The translations under genes were made by a program, and so were the position numbers. A stretch of DNA of 64,000 bases, taken from assembly GCA_038204425.1 (NCBI GenBank), contig JBBRCZ010000008.1, positions 1-64,000 of the forward strand, given 5' to 3'. Of this stretch, positions 18,098 to 26,793 are shown piece by piece; the first letter of the stretch is position 1; every line of letters starts with the position of its first letter. The stretch is from Spirochaetia bacterium (GTDB taxonomy: Bacteria > Spirochaetota > Spirochaetia > DSM-27196 > Salinispiraceae). Under the pieces are notes generated by a model. The model was not told the origin of the DNA. It saw only the letters and a program-made list of their open reading frames with translations, and searched no databases.

Positions 18098-18572
18098 TTT
18101 TTTGTTAAACGATGAACGTTATATTTTGGATATAGACGCCGAAACTACTATCCTTGCTATTCTAAGAAAAGAGCTTGGACAAAAAAGCATTCACGCCGCC
18201 TGCTCGGGAGGACAATGTGGCAGTTGCTTAATTCTTGTCAACAATCAAGCGGTACCCTCGTGCTTAATGCCAGCTTTCTTGCTGCGTGACGCAACAGTAG
18301 AAACTATTGAGGGCCTTAGCAGTCAAACAGGCTTTGCGGACATAGAAAAAGCTTTTTTAAAGACTCCCTATACTCCTTGCGCCTACTGTGCACCGTCTAA
18401 AGTTATCTTAACTGAATCACTTTTACGCAGTGAATCTCCACTCACCAGTTCCAGCATTGGTATGTCGATTCCTAAGCATTGGTGCAACTGCAATCAAGAA
18501 AGTGATTTTATAGCAGCTGTTTTGATGGCCAAGGATTTACGAAAAAAACGGGAGTTACGCCCAAATGGCTGA
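18087..18572 (+). CDS. XDH/CoxS-family 2x[2Fe-2S] small subunit
   Basis: CSGGQCGSC...C (cluster 1), ETIEGL, and CAYC...CNC (cluster 2). Confidence 0.88.
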   Translation: MRVNFLLNDERYILDIDAETTILAILRKELGQKSIHAACSGGQCGSCLILVNNQAVPSCLMPAFLLRDATVETIEGLSSQTGFADIEKAFLKTPYTPCAYCAPSKVILTESLLRSESPLTSSSIGMSIPKHWCNCNQESDFIAAVLMAKDLRKKRELRPNG

Positions 18573-19416
18573 TAGCAGAATTCTCATTCCGCTCAACGTT
18601 GTCGATCTACTTACTATCTTAAAAAAAAGACCGGATTGTATGATTTGGGCGGGTGGCACCTATTCTCAGACTAATCCAATAATTCGACTTGATATTGCCA
18701 ATCGAGATATCATCAGTCTTCAGCGCCTAGAAGAGCTAAATCGAATATATCGAACCGATCGTTTAGTAGAAATTGGCGCACGTTGCACGCTTGAGCGACT
18801 ACTCAAACTTGAAGACCACGTCGTGCCGGCTGGCCTAAAACTGGCTATCTTATCAAGCGTGCCGGCACCGGCGCGCAGTTTGGCAACTTTGGGTGGCAAT
18901 GTTTGCATTCACGACCAGATCCTCAACCTTCTGCCATGGTTGGCTATTGCGGATGCTCGCTTTGAAATAAGAAAGCAAGGCAGCGTTCGTTATTGCATGG
19001 CTCGACACTTTATCGAACCTGATGATTTTCCTAAAATAGACGCCAATGAGCTTTTGTGCAAAATTCGCATACCGCTTAACCGCTGGAACTTCCAGCAGTT
19101 TAGAAGGATCGAATTTCAAAATGAGCACCAAAAGCTGCCATTCTACGTTTGTAACTTTGCAAGCATTCACAAAGAAACCCTAGATGATTGCCGAATGGGC
19201 TTGGCTTTTTCCAACCAGAAATACTTCTTTTTTCCACGACTCGATGCTGACTTTCAGGGCCAACGCTTACCACTTAGCAAAAAGTTTTGCAAATCTTGGT
19301 TAGATCGCTTCCTAGAACAATTCAAACAAGGCTACGAAGTCGATGATCCCCAACTTCTCTATCAGATCACTATTTCACTAGAAAGCTTGTTGGACAAACT
19401 CAGGAAGACAGACTAG
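18565..19416 (+). CDS. XDH/CoxM-family FAD-binding medium subunit
   Basis: WAGGT, EIGARCTL, RSLATLGGN and ELLCKIRIP motifs. Confidence 0.8.
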   Translation: MADSRILIPLNVVDLLTILKKRPDCMIWAGGTYSQTNPIIRLDIANRDIISLQRLEELNRIYRTDRLVEIGARCTLERLLKLEDHVVPAGLKLAILSSVPAPARSLATLGGNVCIHDQILNLLPWLAIADARFEIRKQGSVRYCMARHFIEPDDFPKIDANELLCKIRIPLNRWNFQQFRRIEFQNEHQKLPFYVCNFASIHKETLDDCRMGLAFSNQKYFFFPRLDADFQGQRLPLSKKFCKSWLDRFLEQFKQGYEVDDPQLLYQITISLESLLDKLRKTD

Positions 19417-19789
19417 TTGTGCTTGTGGGTTTTGTTGCCTTGTCAGCACTTTGTCGGTCAAACTCAAATTCTAGCCCCGACCACTTTAGCTTAAGTTTAT
19501 CAGATTCAAGACTATAGGTGACGCCCTGACTGGTCCCAAGTGAACTAATCTTGACCGTTTTTCCATCTTCAAATTTCCATATTATGTCGTCGGTTCTACC
19601 ATCAAAACCTCGCACAGTACCGGTGCCATTTTCGTTAAAGTCAAAAGTCATCAGCTCCCTCTTGTTATCCTTGACTCGTTCGGTTTTCCAAGAGCCAATC
19701 AGGGTCTTTTGTGGTCCACAGCCTTGCATAGTGAGCATGGTCATTAGCAGTACAGCGACAGTTGTCAAAATCTTTGTTCCTTTGGCCAT
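19400..19789 (-). CDS. Small lipoprotein with a lipocalin-like beta domain
   Basis: Basic N-region, hydrophobic core, lipobox-like TMQG-C24, followed by LIGSW and FNENGTG. Confidence 0.7.
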   Translation of the reverse strand: MAKGTKILTTVAVLLMTMLTMQGCGPQKTLIGSWKTERVKDNKRELMTFDFNENGTGTVRGFDGRTDDIIWKFEDGKTVKISSLGTSQGVTYSLESDKLKLKWSGLEFEFDRQSADKATKPTSTTSLSS

Positions 19790-19831
19790 AGAAAATTCAC
19801 CTTTTTTGTTTTTGTAAAATTTGCAGCTTGC

Positions 19832-22042
19832 TCAATCTCTAGTCAGAAACTGCAAGGCATTCTCAATCAGTCTCTGGTTGGCGGGTCGAGCAAAATCTAA
19901 GTACCCAAAATTGCAGTGGCCTAGTGCAACGACACGGGCATCTGCCTTGATCCCAGCGTAGGCAACGGGCGATCTGTTGCTGTCCACTAAGAGCACTTGG
20001 TTGCGATAACCACTGTCTAACGACACCAAAGTTGACCAGATCATTTTCTCAAGATCAACTTTTTCTATCCCTTCAACAATATTGCTCAAACCGCTAACTT
20101 CTACGCGATCACTCACTGAAGTGTTTCTACTATACTGCATGTTAAAATAGCTCAACAAGCGATTATAAGGAAACTCACCACTCGGATAGTAGTCATAGTT
20201 CCATGCAATCGCTAGTGACAAAATGCGGCCACCTTGATCAAAGAATTTTTTCAGAGCCGCTAGCTCTTGGCTAGAATAGTCAGGAATTCCTGTGATAAAG
20301 GTTAGCACAATACAAGAATTTTGCGCCAAAATTGTATCATCAAGTCGATCATAGACTTCGGTTGCTTCATATCCCTGTTCTCTCAAAAACTTAACAAACT
20401 CATTGCTTGATCGTCCGTGGTACTGGTCAATCAGGAGCTTCTTGCGAATGCCAGATTTTATGGCTGGGTCGCTAAATAAAAAGTCTTTTTTATTGTTGGC
20501 AAGCGCCTGCATCTCATCGACTCTATAAATCTTTAGGGCCTCACTCTTAGAAACCGGATTGTAAGGCGATGCGTCAATAGTAGTAAGTCGCTGCCAATGA
20601 TCGGGGACTGCATGGCCTATTTGGTCAAGTTGATGCATAAATGACATCCAATGGTAGCGCGAGCCACCAACAACCGTATAAGCAGCAGTTTCTCTGGTGA
20701 GCTTGTCAAATCTATCTTGGTAAGGTGTTTCCCAAATGCTGCGCCCATCCAGAGCAAAGGACAGGTAGCCGAGGTATTTGTTGCTAGTATAAAAGTTAAA
20801 GTAGTCGATAAAAAAATTATCGGCGACTACGGGTCTTGGTTCGTTTGCCATGCGTTTAGCTAAGAATTCACTTGCCAGCTCCAGGTCCTTGCGCGCATCC
20901 TTTACTTTTCCATAGTGCTCGCTGGCAAAAAAAATAGACACTGCTGAAAATGAGAGAAATATGACTATGCTTAGCACTTTGAGGGCTATTTTTTTGCTCA
21001 TTAGCCAAGAAAACACACTGGCCGCGCTCATGATAAGTGGCGGCAAGAGAATATAGGTGTAGCGCGGAAAGCGCGGCATTGGTGAATATGGAGACAAACT
21101 AACTGGAAAGAACTGCAAGAACAAGAAATAGAGCACAAACCACAAGAGCGGAATATAGCTGCGTTTGTTGGTGAACATGGCCAGAACCAAGGCCGGAATT
21201 CCCAGATAAAAATACCAGCCAAACATGTAGCCCTCACCGTTGGGCAGCCAATAGAACATCCAATGGATGTAGCTCCAGAGGATTTCTAGCGGATATCGTC
21301 CATGCGGGCCAAGATTGACCTTAAGGTGCCCAAGAAATCCTTTGAAGACCAGAGCTTCAAAAATTTGCAGTGCCAGAAATGCTGCAGCAAAGATGGCGAG
21401 GAAGATAAAGACGTCTTTTTTCCGATGCGCGTAGATTATTCCGACCACCGCCAAGACCACTACCATAAACACTGATGGAATCTTGACGTAGTAGAGATAA
21501 AACAGAAAGAAAATTGTCCACAAAAAATGTAGTATTTTGGACTTTTTGTCTTGGGCGTCAAGGCCTTTAAGAAAACATAACAAGGCCGCCAAAGAACCAA
21601 ACGCAACGTAGATATCGATCACAATCGCACTGGAGTAGACGATATCATACGTAGAAACCGCGAGCAAAAGTGCCGCCAGGCTTGCAGTGAGCAGGTTCTT
21701 AGAAATGTACTGCGTCAGCCTAAAAACCAGATAGATGTTGGCGATTGAGATGATCAGAGAGTAAAAAACAAAGCCAAAATCATTGATGCCAAAAATTTTC
21801 ATGAATAAGAACATGGGCCATTCAAAGGATGGTCTAAATTCTCGCTGACCAGAAGGAAAAAACTCAGGAAAGCTTGCTCGTTGCAAATAGGCTGCGTCGT
21901 CGCCAAGTCCAAAGCCGTAGAAGTGGATCAAGCGAAGCAAAAGTCCAAAGGCGCAAATCGCAAAGACTATAAAGGCCTCTGATTTAAAGACTTGTCGATC
22001 AATACCAAAAAATTTGTTGCCAGATAGTGCTCTTAGTTCCAT
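19832..22042 (-). CDS. GT-C fold glycosyltransferase (ArnT/PMT-like, GT39/83) with an extra C-terminal soluble domain
   Basis: LLLRL...GDDAAY acidic pair after TM1, many TM segments, PRYTYILLPPL, and a C-terminal GATase/DUF4350-like segment (SQELAALKKFFDQGGRIL). Confidence 0.78.
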   Translation of the reverse strand: MELRALSGNKFFGIDRQVFKSEAFIVFAICAFGLLLRLIHFYGFGLGDDAAYLQRASFPEFFPSGQREFRPSFEWPMFLFMKIFGINDFGFVFYSLIISIANIYLVFRLTQYISKNLLTASLAALLLAVSTYDIVYSSAIVIDIYVAFGSLAALLCFLKGLDAQDKKSKILHFLWTIFFLFYLYYVKIPSVFMVVVLAVVGIIYAHRKKDVFIFLAIFAAAFLALQIFEALVFKGFLGHLKVNLGPHGRYPLEILWSYIHWMFYWLPNGEGYMFGWYFYLGIPALVLAMFTNKRSYIPLLWFVLYFLFLQFFPVSLSPYSPMPRFPRYTYILLPPLIMSAASVFSWLMSKKIALKVLSIVIFLSFSAVSIFFASEHYGKVKDARKDLELASEFLAKRMANEPRPVVADNFFIDYFNFYTSNKYLGYLSFALDGRSIWETPYQDRFDKLTRETAAYTVVGGSRYHWMSFMHQLDQIGHAVPDHWQRLTTIDASPYNPVSKSEALKIYRVDEMQALANNKKDFLFSDPAIKSGIRKKLLIDQYHGRSSNEFVKFLREQGYEATEVYDRLDDTILAQNSCIVLTFITGIPDYSSQELAALKKFFDQGGRILSLAIAWNYDYYPSGEFPYNRLLSYFNMQYSRNTSVSDRVEVSGLSNIVEGIEKVDLEKMIWSTLVSLDSGYRNQVLLVDSNRSPVAYAGIKADARVVALGHCNFGYLDFARPANQRLIENALQFLTRD

Positions 22043-22093
22043 TAACTACTCCAAGATAAACTGCATCTCATACTACCCCAAGATTGCTTGCTG

Positions 22094-23365
22094 TCAACTC
22101 AGTTTTTTGGGCAAAAGGCTATATGATGCCATTCTGGCTGCAATAATCAACAAGAGTGGCGTCAGGTTTAAATGCAAAGCCTGCGGCCACAACGGAAAAA
22201 GCAAGAGCGGAATTAGGGCTGCTGCAGAAGCAAGGCGATAGTACCAGCGTAACCAACACCATCTGGATCCAGCCAAAATGAGAAATGCAACAAAGAAATG
22301 GGTAGGCCATAGCCAAAATATGGTCAAGTTGCCTTTGGTAGGAAAGTGGATTGAGAAAAAATCCAAGTAGACATTGATCAGGGCGATAGACCCGGCGAGC
22401 AAAAAGAACAGAAAATCAGGCAGGCGAAAGTACCAATGACTTTTGACTAGAACCCCTTGTTTGATCTGATACAAACGGCGTAGTAGCAGAAAAAGGGCAA
22501 AGCCAAATACCGGCCACAAGTAGATGGCTGGATTGGTCCATGGTGCTGCATAGTTGGTCGGATTATCGGGATCAATCAAAGCTTTTTTTTCCAAGACCAA
22601 GGGCCGGCTTTGGCCCTTGTCGGTGATAACAGCCTTGTCAAAAGCATGCATCAAGTAGAATGGTAGATACATGCTTTCCCATTCGTTAATTCTTTTGTCA
22701 CTGGATGTGCCCAGTACCAGATAGAAACTAAACTGCCAACCTGGTCTTTCTCCAACAAACTCATCGAGTGTCGATCTAAAAGTTTTAGCAGACTGACCAT
22801 TGACGGCTTCCATTGGCGCGGCGTTTGCAGTCCCAGCAAACGAAATTCTATCCCCAAGTATATGGACCAAAACATCGCGAATACGCGTGGAACAATTGTC
22901 TAGCATAAAATCATAACGATAAACCCTGTTTTCTGGGAGCGCATTCCATTCCAAGTACTCAAAAACCTTTTGAGTGTCAGACCTTTCAAGAGCCAAGACT
23001 TGTTCCACTAGTTTGCGATTCTCGTTGCGGCGCTCATAGTCAAATTCCAGTTCAAAGTCATAGCTATTGAGGAAGTAGTCCAGTTGGCCATAGACAAATT
23101 TTGGCACAAACAGGGGGCTGCGCATGTCAAAGGTACCATAGTTATATATTCGGTCGAGATTTGTGGCTGGATCTACAACTCTAAATGCTGAGTGTCCAAA
23201 GGTGATATATATTGGTGCAGAAGGCCACATAGTTAGTAGAGAAATCCGCGCTTGGTCTGAGAGTTGCGCGTTTTGAACGGTAGTTGCAGCAGCGCTCTGG
23301 ATATTTGCCCAAGTCAAAACTACTAAAACAAGCGCCAATAAGAAGCCTTTTTTTTTCTGGTACAT
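22094..23365 (-). CDS. DUF4105 / Lnb-type lipoprotein N-acyltransferase-like membrane protein
   Basis: Signal peptide, ISLLT, FGHSAFRV, YNYGTFD, YRYDFMLDNCSTRIRD (His/Cys), and about 5 C-terminal TM helices. GGAGG RBS precedes the ATG at 23365. Confidence 0.8.
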   Translation of the reverse strand: MYQKKKGFLLALVLVVLTWANIQSAAATTVQNAQLSDQARISLLTMWPSAPIYITFGHSAFRVVDPATNLDRIYNYGTFDMRSPLFVPKFVYGQLDYFLNSYDFELEFDYERRNENRKLVEQVLALERSDTQKVFEYLEWNALPENRVYRYDFMLDNCSTRIRDVLVHILGDRISFAGTANAAPMEAVNGQSAKTFRSTLDEFVGERPGWQFSFYLVLGTSSDKRINEWESMYLPFYLMHAFDKAVITDKGQSRPLVLEKKALIDPDNPTNYAAPWTNPAIYLWPVFGFALFLLLRRLYQIKQGVLVKSHWYFRLPDFLFFLLAGSIALINVYLDFFSIHFPTKGNLTIFWLWPTHFFVAFLILAGSRWCWLRWYYRLASAAALIPLLLFPLWPQALHLNLTPLLLIIAARMASYSLLPKKLS

Positions 23366-23549
23366 GGGTCCCTCCGTCAATTGATGATATGACAGACTCA
23401 AGACAGATTCAAGCTATAAGTGAAACACACGGCATCGGTTTAGAAGCTTTTGAAATTGCCCGGACTGATTTTGCTTTCCAGCATTGCAGATGCGTGCTAT
23501 TTTGGGTGGACGTAGCTAGAATATTTGCAGCTTAGGAGAATTACCGTAT

Positions 23550-24326
23550 ATGAAAGTAGTCATCTTGGCCGGGGGCTATGGCACAAGAATATCTGAAGAA
23601 AGCCACCTCAAGCCCAAACCTATGATCGAAATTGGTGGCATGCCCATTCTCTGGCACATAATGAAGCATTACTCATACTATGGCTTTAACGACTTTGTGA
23701 TTTGTTGCGGTTACAAACAACATGCTATCAAAGAATATTTTGCCGACTACTATTTGCATCGCTCTGACATTACTTTTGACTTTACCGCCCACAACCAGCT
23801 GACTATCCATTCCAACGTGGCGGAACCATGGCGAGTGACTTTGGTGGATACCGGCCTTGATACCATGACTGGCGGTCGCCTAAAGAGAGTTAGCCGCTAC
23901 CTTGACAATCAAACCTTTATGCTGACTTATGGCGACGGCGTTTCTGATGTTAATCTTCAGGATTTGTTGGAATTTCATCGCGCACATGCAGGCATGGCAA
24001 CCTTAACAGCCATTCAACCCGGACAGCGGTTTGGCATGATAGATATTGCCGAGGACGCGAAGATTGGATCTTTTAGGGAAAAAGCCCGCGATGACGGTGG
24101 CTGGATAAACGGTGGGTTTATGGTTTTTGAACCCCAAATCCTGAGGCTGATAGAAGATGACAAAACAATACTCGAACGCTATCCGTTGGAACAAGCAAGT
24201 AAACTTAATGAGTTAAGCGCTTTCAGACATCCCGGATTTTGGCAGTGTATGGACACCTTGCGTGACAAGCTCTATCTCGAAGATCTCTGGAACAGTGGCA
24301 AGGCACCGTGGAAAGCATGGACATGA
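23550..24326 (+). CDS. rfbF: Glucose-1-phosphate cytidylyltransferase
   Basis: LAGGYGTRISEESHLKPKPMIEIG, DTGLDTMTGGRL, TYGDG and GFWQCMDTLRDK motifs, with an AGGAG RBS. Confidence 0.96.
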   Translation: MKVVILAGGYGTRISEESHLKPKPMIEIGGMPILWHIMKHYSYYGFNDFVICCGYKQHAIKEYFADYYLHRSDITFDFTAHNQLTIHSNVAEPWRVTLVDTGLDTMTGGRLKRVSRYLDNQTFMLTYGDGVSDVNLQDLLEFHRAHAGMATLTAIQPGQRFGMIDIAEDAKIGSFREKARDDGGWINGGFMVFEPQILRLIEDDKTILERYPLEQASKLNELSAFRHPGFWQCMDTLRDKLYLEDLWNSGKAPWKAWT

Positions 24327-25402
24327 GCTATGCTAAACTTGCAGCCTTTTACCAGGGCAAGCGTGTGTTTGTGACCGGTCACACTGGATTTAAAGGCTCA
24401 TGGTTGGTTTCTATTCTCAAAGAATTGGGAGCAGAAGTCTGTGGTTATAGTCTTGCCCCAAGCGACGAGCCCAGCCTCTTTGGACTGCTAAAACTAGATG
24501 CTCAAATCTTGTCGATATTTGCAGACATAAATGACTACCAACTTTTGCAGCACAGCCTGCAAGCGTTTAAGCCGGAGCTAGTCTTTCACTTAGCTGCTCA
24601 AGCCTTGGTCAGAGAAAGCTATAGCGACCCTGTCACAAGCTACCAGACGAATGTGATGGGGACGGTTCACTTGCTCCAAGCAATAAGGCACACTGACAGT
24701 GTTCGTTCAGTAGTCAACATTACTACTGACAAAGTCTACCTCAACTTAGAGACAAGCCGACCTTATCAAGAGAGCGACCGACTCGACGGCCTCGACCCCT
24801 ACTCCAATTCCAAGTCTTGCTCGGAACTGGTGAGTTCTAGCTTTAGACGAGCTTTTTACGCCAAGGGCAACGGTCCCGCACTGAGCTGTGTTAGGGCTGG
24901 CAACGTAATCGGCGGTGGCGACTTTGCAAAGGATAGGATAATACCAGACTGCGTGCGTGCCGTTACAACAGGACAAACCATTGCGGTCAGAAACCCGCTT
25001 TCAATCAGACCCTACCAGCATGTACTTGAGCCCTTATCCGCCTATTTGTTGCTGGCAGCTGGGCAATACGCTGCTCCGTCTGTCCAGGGCGTTTACAATG
25101 TCGGGCCAAAATTAGAAGACTGCGTGAGCACCGCGGACTTGGTACAACTTTTTTGTTCACATTGGGGACCCGACGCCACATGGGCAAGTAAGCCACTAGA
25201 AAATGCCGTGCACGAAGCTAGCTACCTGCGCCTTGATAGCACCCTGATAGGCCAGAAACTCGGCTGGAAAGCACGATGGACTATTGATGAGGCAGTCAAA
25301 AAGACGGTTGAATGGGCACGTGCCTGCGCAAACGATACAGATCCAAGTATAACTACGCGGCAACAAATCAAGTCCTATTTTTTGCAAGGTCAACATGATT
25401 AG
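24308..25402 (+). CDS. rfbG: CDP-glucose 4,6-dehydratase
   Basis: TGHTGFKGSWL, HLAAQALVR, TTDKVY, DPYSNSK, RAGNVIGGGD, RPYQHVLEPL and HEA motifs. The true start may be the ATG at 24323. Confidence 0.95.
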   Translation: MESMDMSYAKLAAFYQGKRVFVTGHTGFKGSWLVSILKELGAEVCGYSLAPSDEPSLFGLLKLDAQILSIFADINDYQLLQHSLQAFKPELVFHLAAQALVRESYSDPVTSYQTNVMGTVHLLQAIRHTDSVRSVVNITTDKVYLNLETSRPYQESDRLDGLDPYSNSKSCSELVSSSFRRAFYAKGNGPALSCVRAGNVIGGGDFAKDRIIPDCVRAVTTGQTIAVRNPLSIRPYQHVLEPLSAYLLLAAGQYAAPSVQGVYNVGPKLEDCVSTADLVQLFCSHWGPDATWASKPLENAVHEASYLRLDSTLIGQKLGWKARWTIDEAVKKTVEWARACANDTDPSITTRQQIKSYFLQGQHD

Positions 25403-25844
25403 GCAGCTTTTTTTGCACAAAGGTGTTCGTTTTCTCTTTGTTGGTGGATTAAATACGCTTGTTGGCCTTGGTAGCTATGCTCTACTTGTGTACCTTGGTG
25501 TCTATTTTCTACTAGCCAACCTGATTTCTTTCGCGCTTGGCGTTTGTCACAGTTTTCTATGGAACAAGTTTTTTACGTTTAGGAGCAAAGAACGCTCACT
25601 ATCAGAACTATTGAGATTCACGGTGGTCTATGGCTTAAGTTTTGTGGTCTCAAATTTTGCCTTGTATTTAATGGTAATTGAGTTAAGACTCAACACCTAT
25701 CTTTCGGGTATAATTAATGTGCTCATCATTACCTGCATTAGCTGGTTTGGTCACAACTTTTTTAGCTTCAAAAACAAACAGCAAGGCTCTGACGTCCAAA
25801 GCCAGACACCTGCTGGCAACAACTATGGAGGCCCAAATGGGTAG
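25395..25844 (+). CDS. GtrA family flippase-like membrane protein
   Basis: RFLFVGGLNT, ANLISF, SFLWNKFFTF and ELLRF motifs with 4 TM helices. Confidence 0.88.
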   Translation: MIRQLFLHKGVRFLFVGGLNTLVGLGSYALLVYLGVYFLLANLISFALGVCHSFLWNKFFTFRSKERSLSELLRFTVVYGLSFVVSNFALYLMVIELRLNTYLSGIINVLIITCISWFGHNFFSFKNKQQGSDVQSQTPAGNNYGGPNG

Positions 25845-26793
25845 TTTTAATTTTGCAATGATATCAGCTGGTTTTGAGCATGGTGGCAACGTCACTCATC
25901 GACATCTTGATGGCCACCCTGAGCTACTGGTCTATCCATTTGAGTCACAATTGGGTAACCGCACGTTTAACGACTTTCTGGCATCCGTAGAGCGTGTTCA
26001 GTATCGCTATCCTGAGTTTCCTGAGGGTCTGCCCGCCGCAGAAATCTATGAGCAGATAATTGACGAAGAACTCAAAACCTTTTTGCGTAAGCGCAATGGT
26101 TCAAAGTTTAAAGATGCAGACTTAGTGATGGATGAATCCGAGCGCAAGGCTTATTTTGTAGATTTTCTAGAAAAATCGGGCAGCCCTCATTTACGCAAGC
26201 ACGTGATCGAAGCATTTTTTAGATCAACTCATCATGCTTGGAAAAACTACTATGTCAAAGCAAGTGATGACAAGTTCTACCTTGGCTACTCGCCGGCAAT
26301 TGGCATTGACGCCGATCGCATAGTGCGTGACTTTCCCAATGCCAAGATAATTCACATTATCAGAAACCCCTTTTCCGCCTATCGCGACACTAAGCGCCGA
26401 CCATTTCCGCAGACGCTCAATCGTTATTTGATAACCTGGAACATCTATCATTCCACCGTAGAAATGTACGCCAAACTTTACCCAAACAATGTCAAAATTT
26501 TCCGCTATGAAGACATGGTCGAAGACAAAGAAAGCTACATGAAGACCATGGCCGGATTTATCGGCGTAAAATACGACAAAACTATGTTATATCCTAGTTG
26601 GAATGGCAAAGAAATTGCCAGTGACATAGCTCCTTGGGGCACGGTACTTCGATCTACTAAAGAATATAACCGCGACATTATTGAAGAATTAAGCCAGGAA
26701 GAAAAGTCGCATATCGCCAGTGCAAGCTACGCGCTCGCTCGCCATTTTGGCTACACCGAGTTGGACTACCTCAAAAAGTACTATGCTGAGTAA
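25837..26793 (+). CDS. Sulfotransferase-fold protein (Sulfotransfer_3-like)
   Basis: LDGHPEL, FPNAKIIHIIRNP (3'-PB motif) and FRYEDMV. GGAGG RBS precedes the ATG at 25837. The 5'-PSB loop is atypical. Confidence 0.72.
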   Translation: MGSFNFAMISAGFEHGGNVTHRHLDGHPELLVYPFESQLGNRTFNDFLASVERVQYRYPEFPEGLPAAEIYEQIIDEELKTFLRKRNGSKFKDADLVMDESERKAYFVDFLEKSGSPHLRKHVIEAFFRSTHHAWKNYYVKASDDKFYLGYSPAIGIDADRIVRDFPNAKIIHIIRNPFSAYRDTKRRPFPQTLNRYLITWNIYHSTVEMYAKLYPNNVKIFRYEDMVEDKESYMKTMAGFIGVKYDKTMLYPSWNGKEIASDIAPWGTVLRSTKEYNRDIIEELSQEEKSHIASASYALARHFGYTELDYLKKYYAE

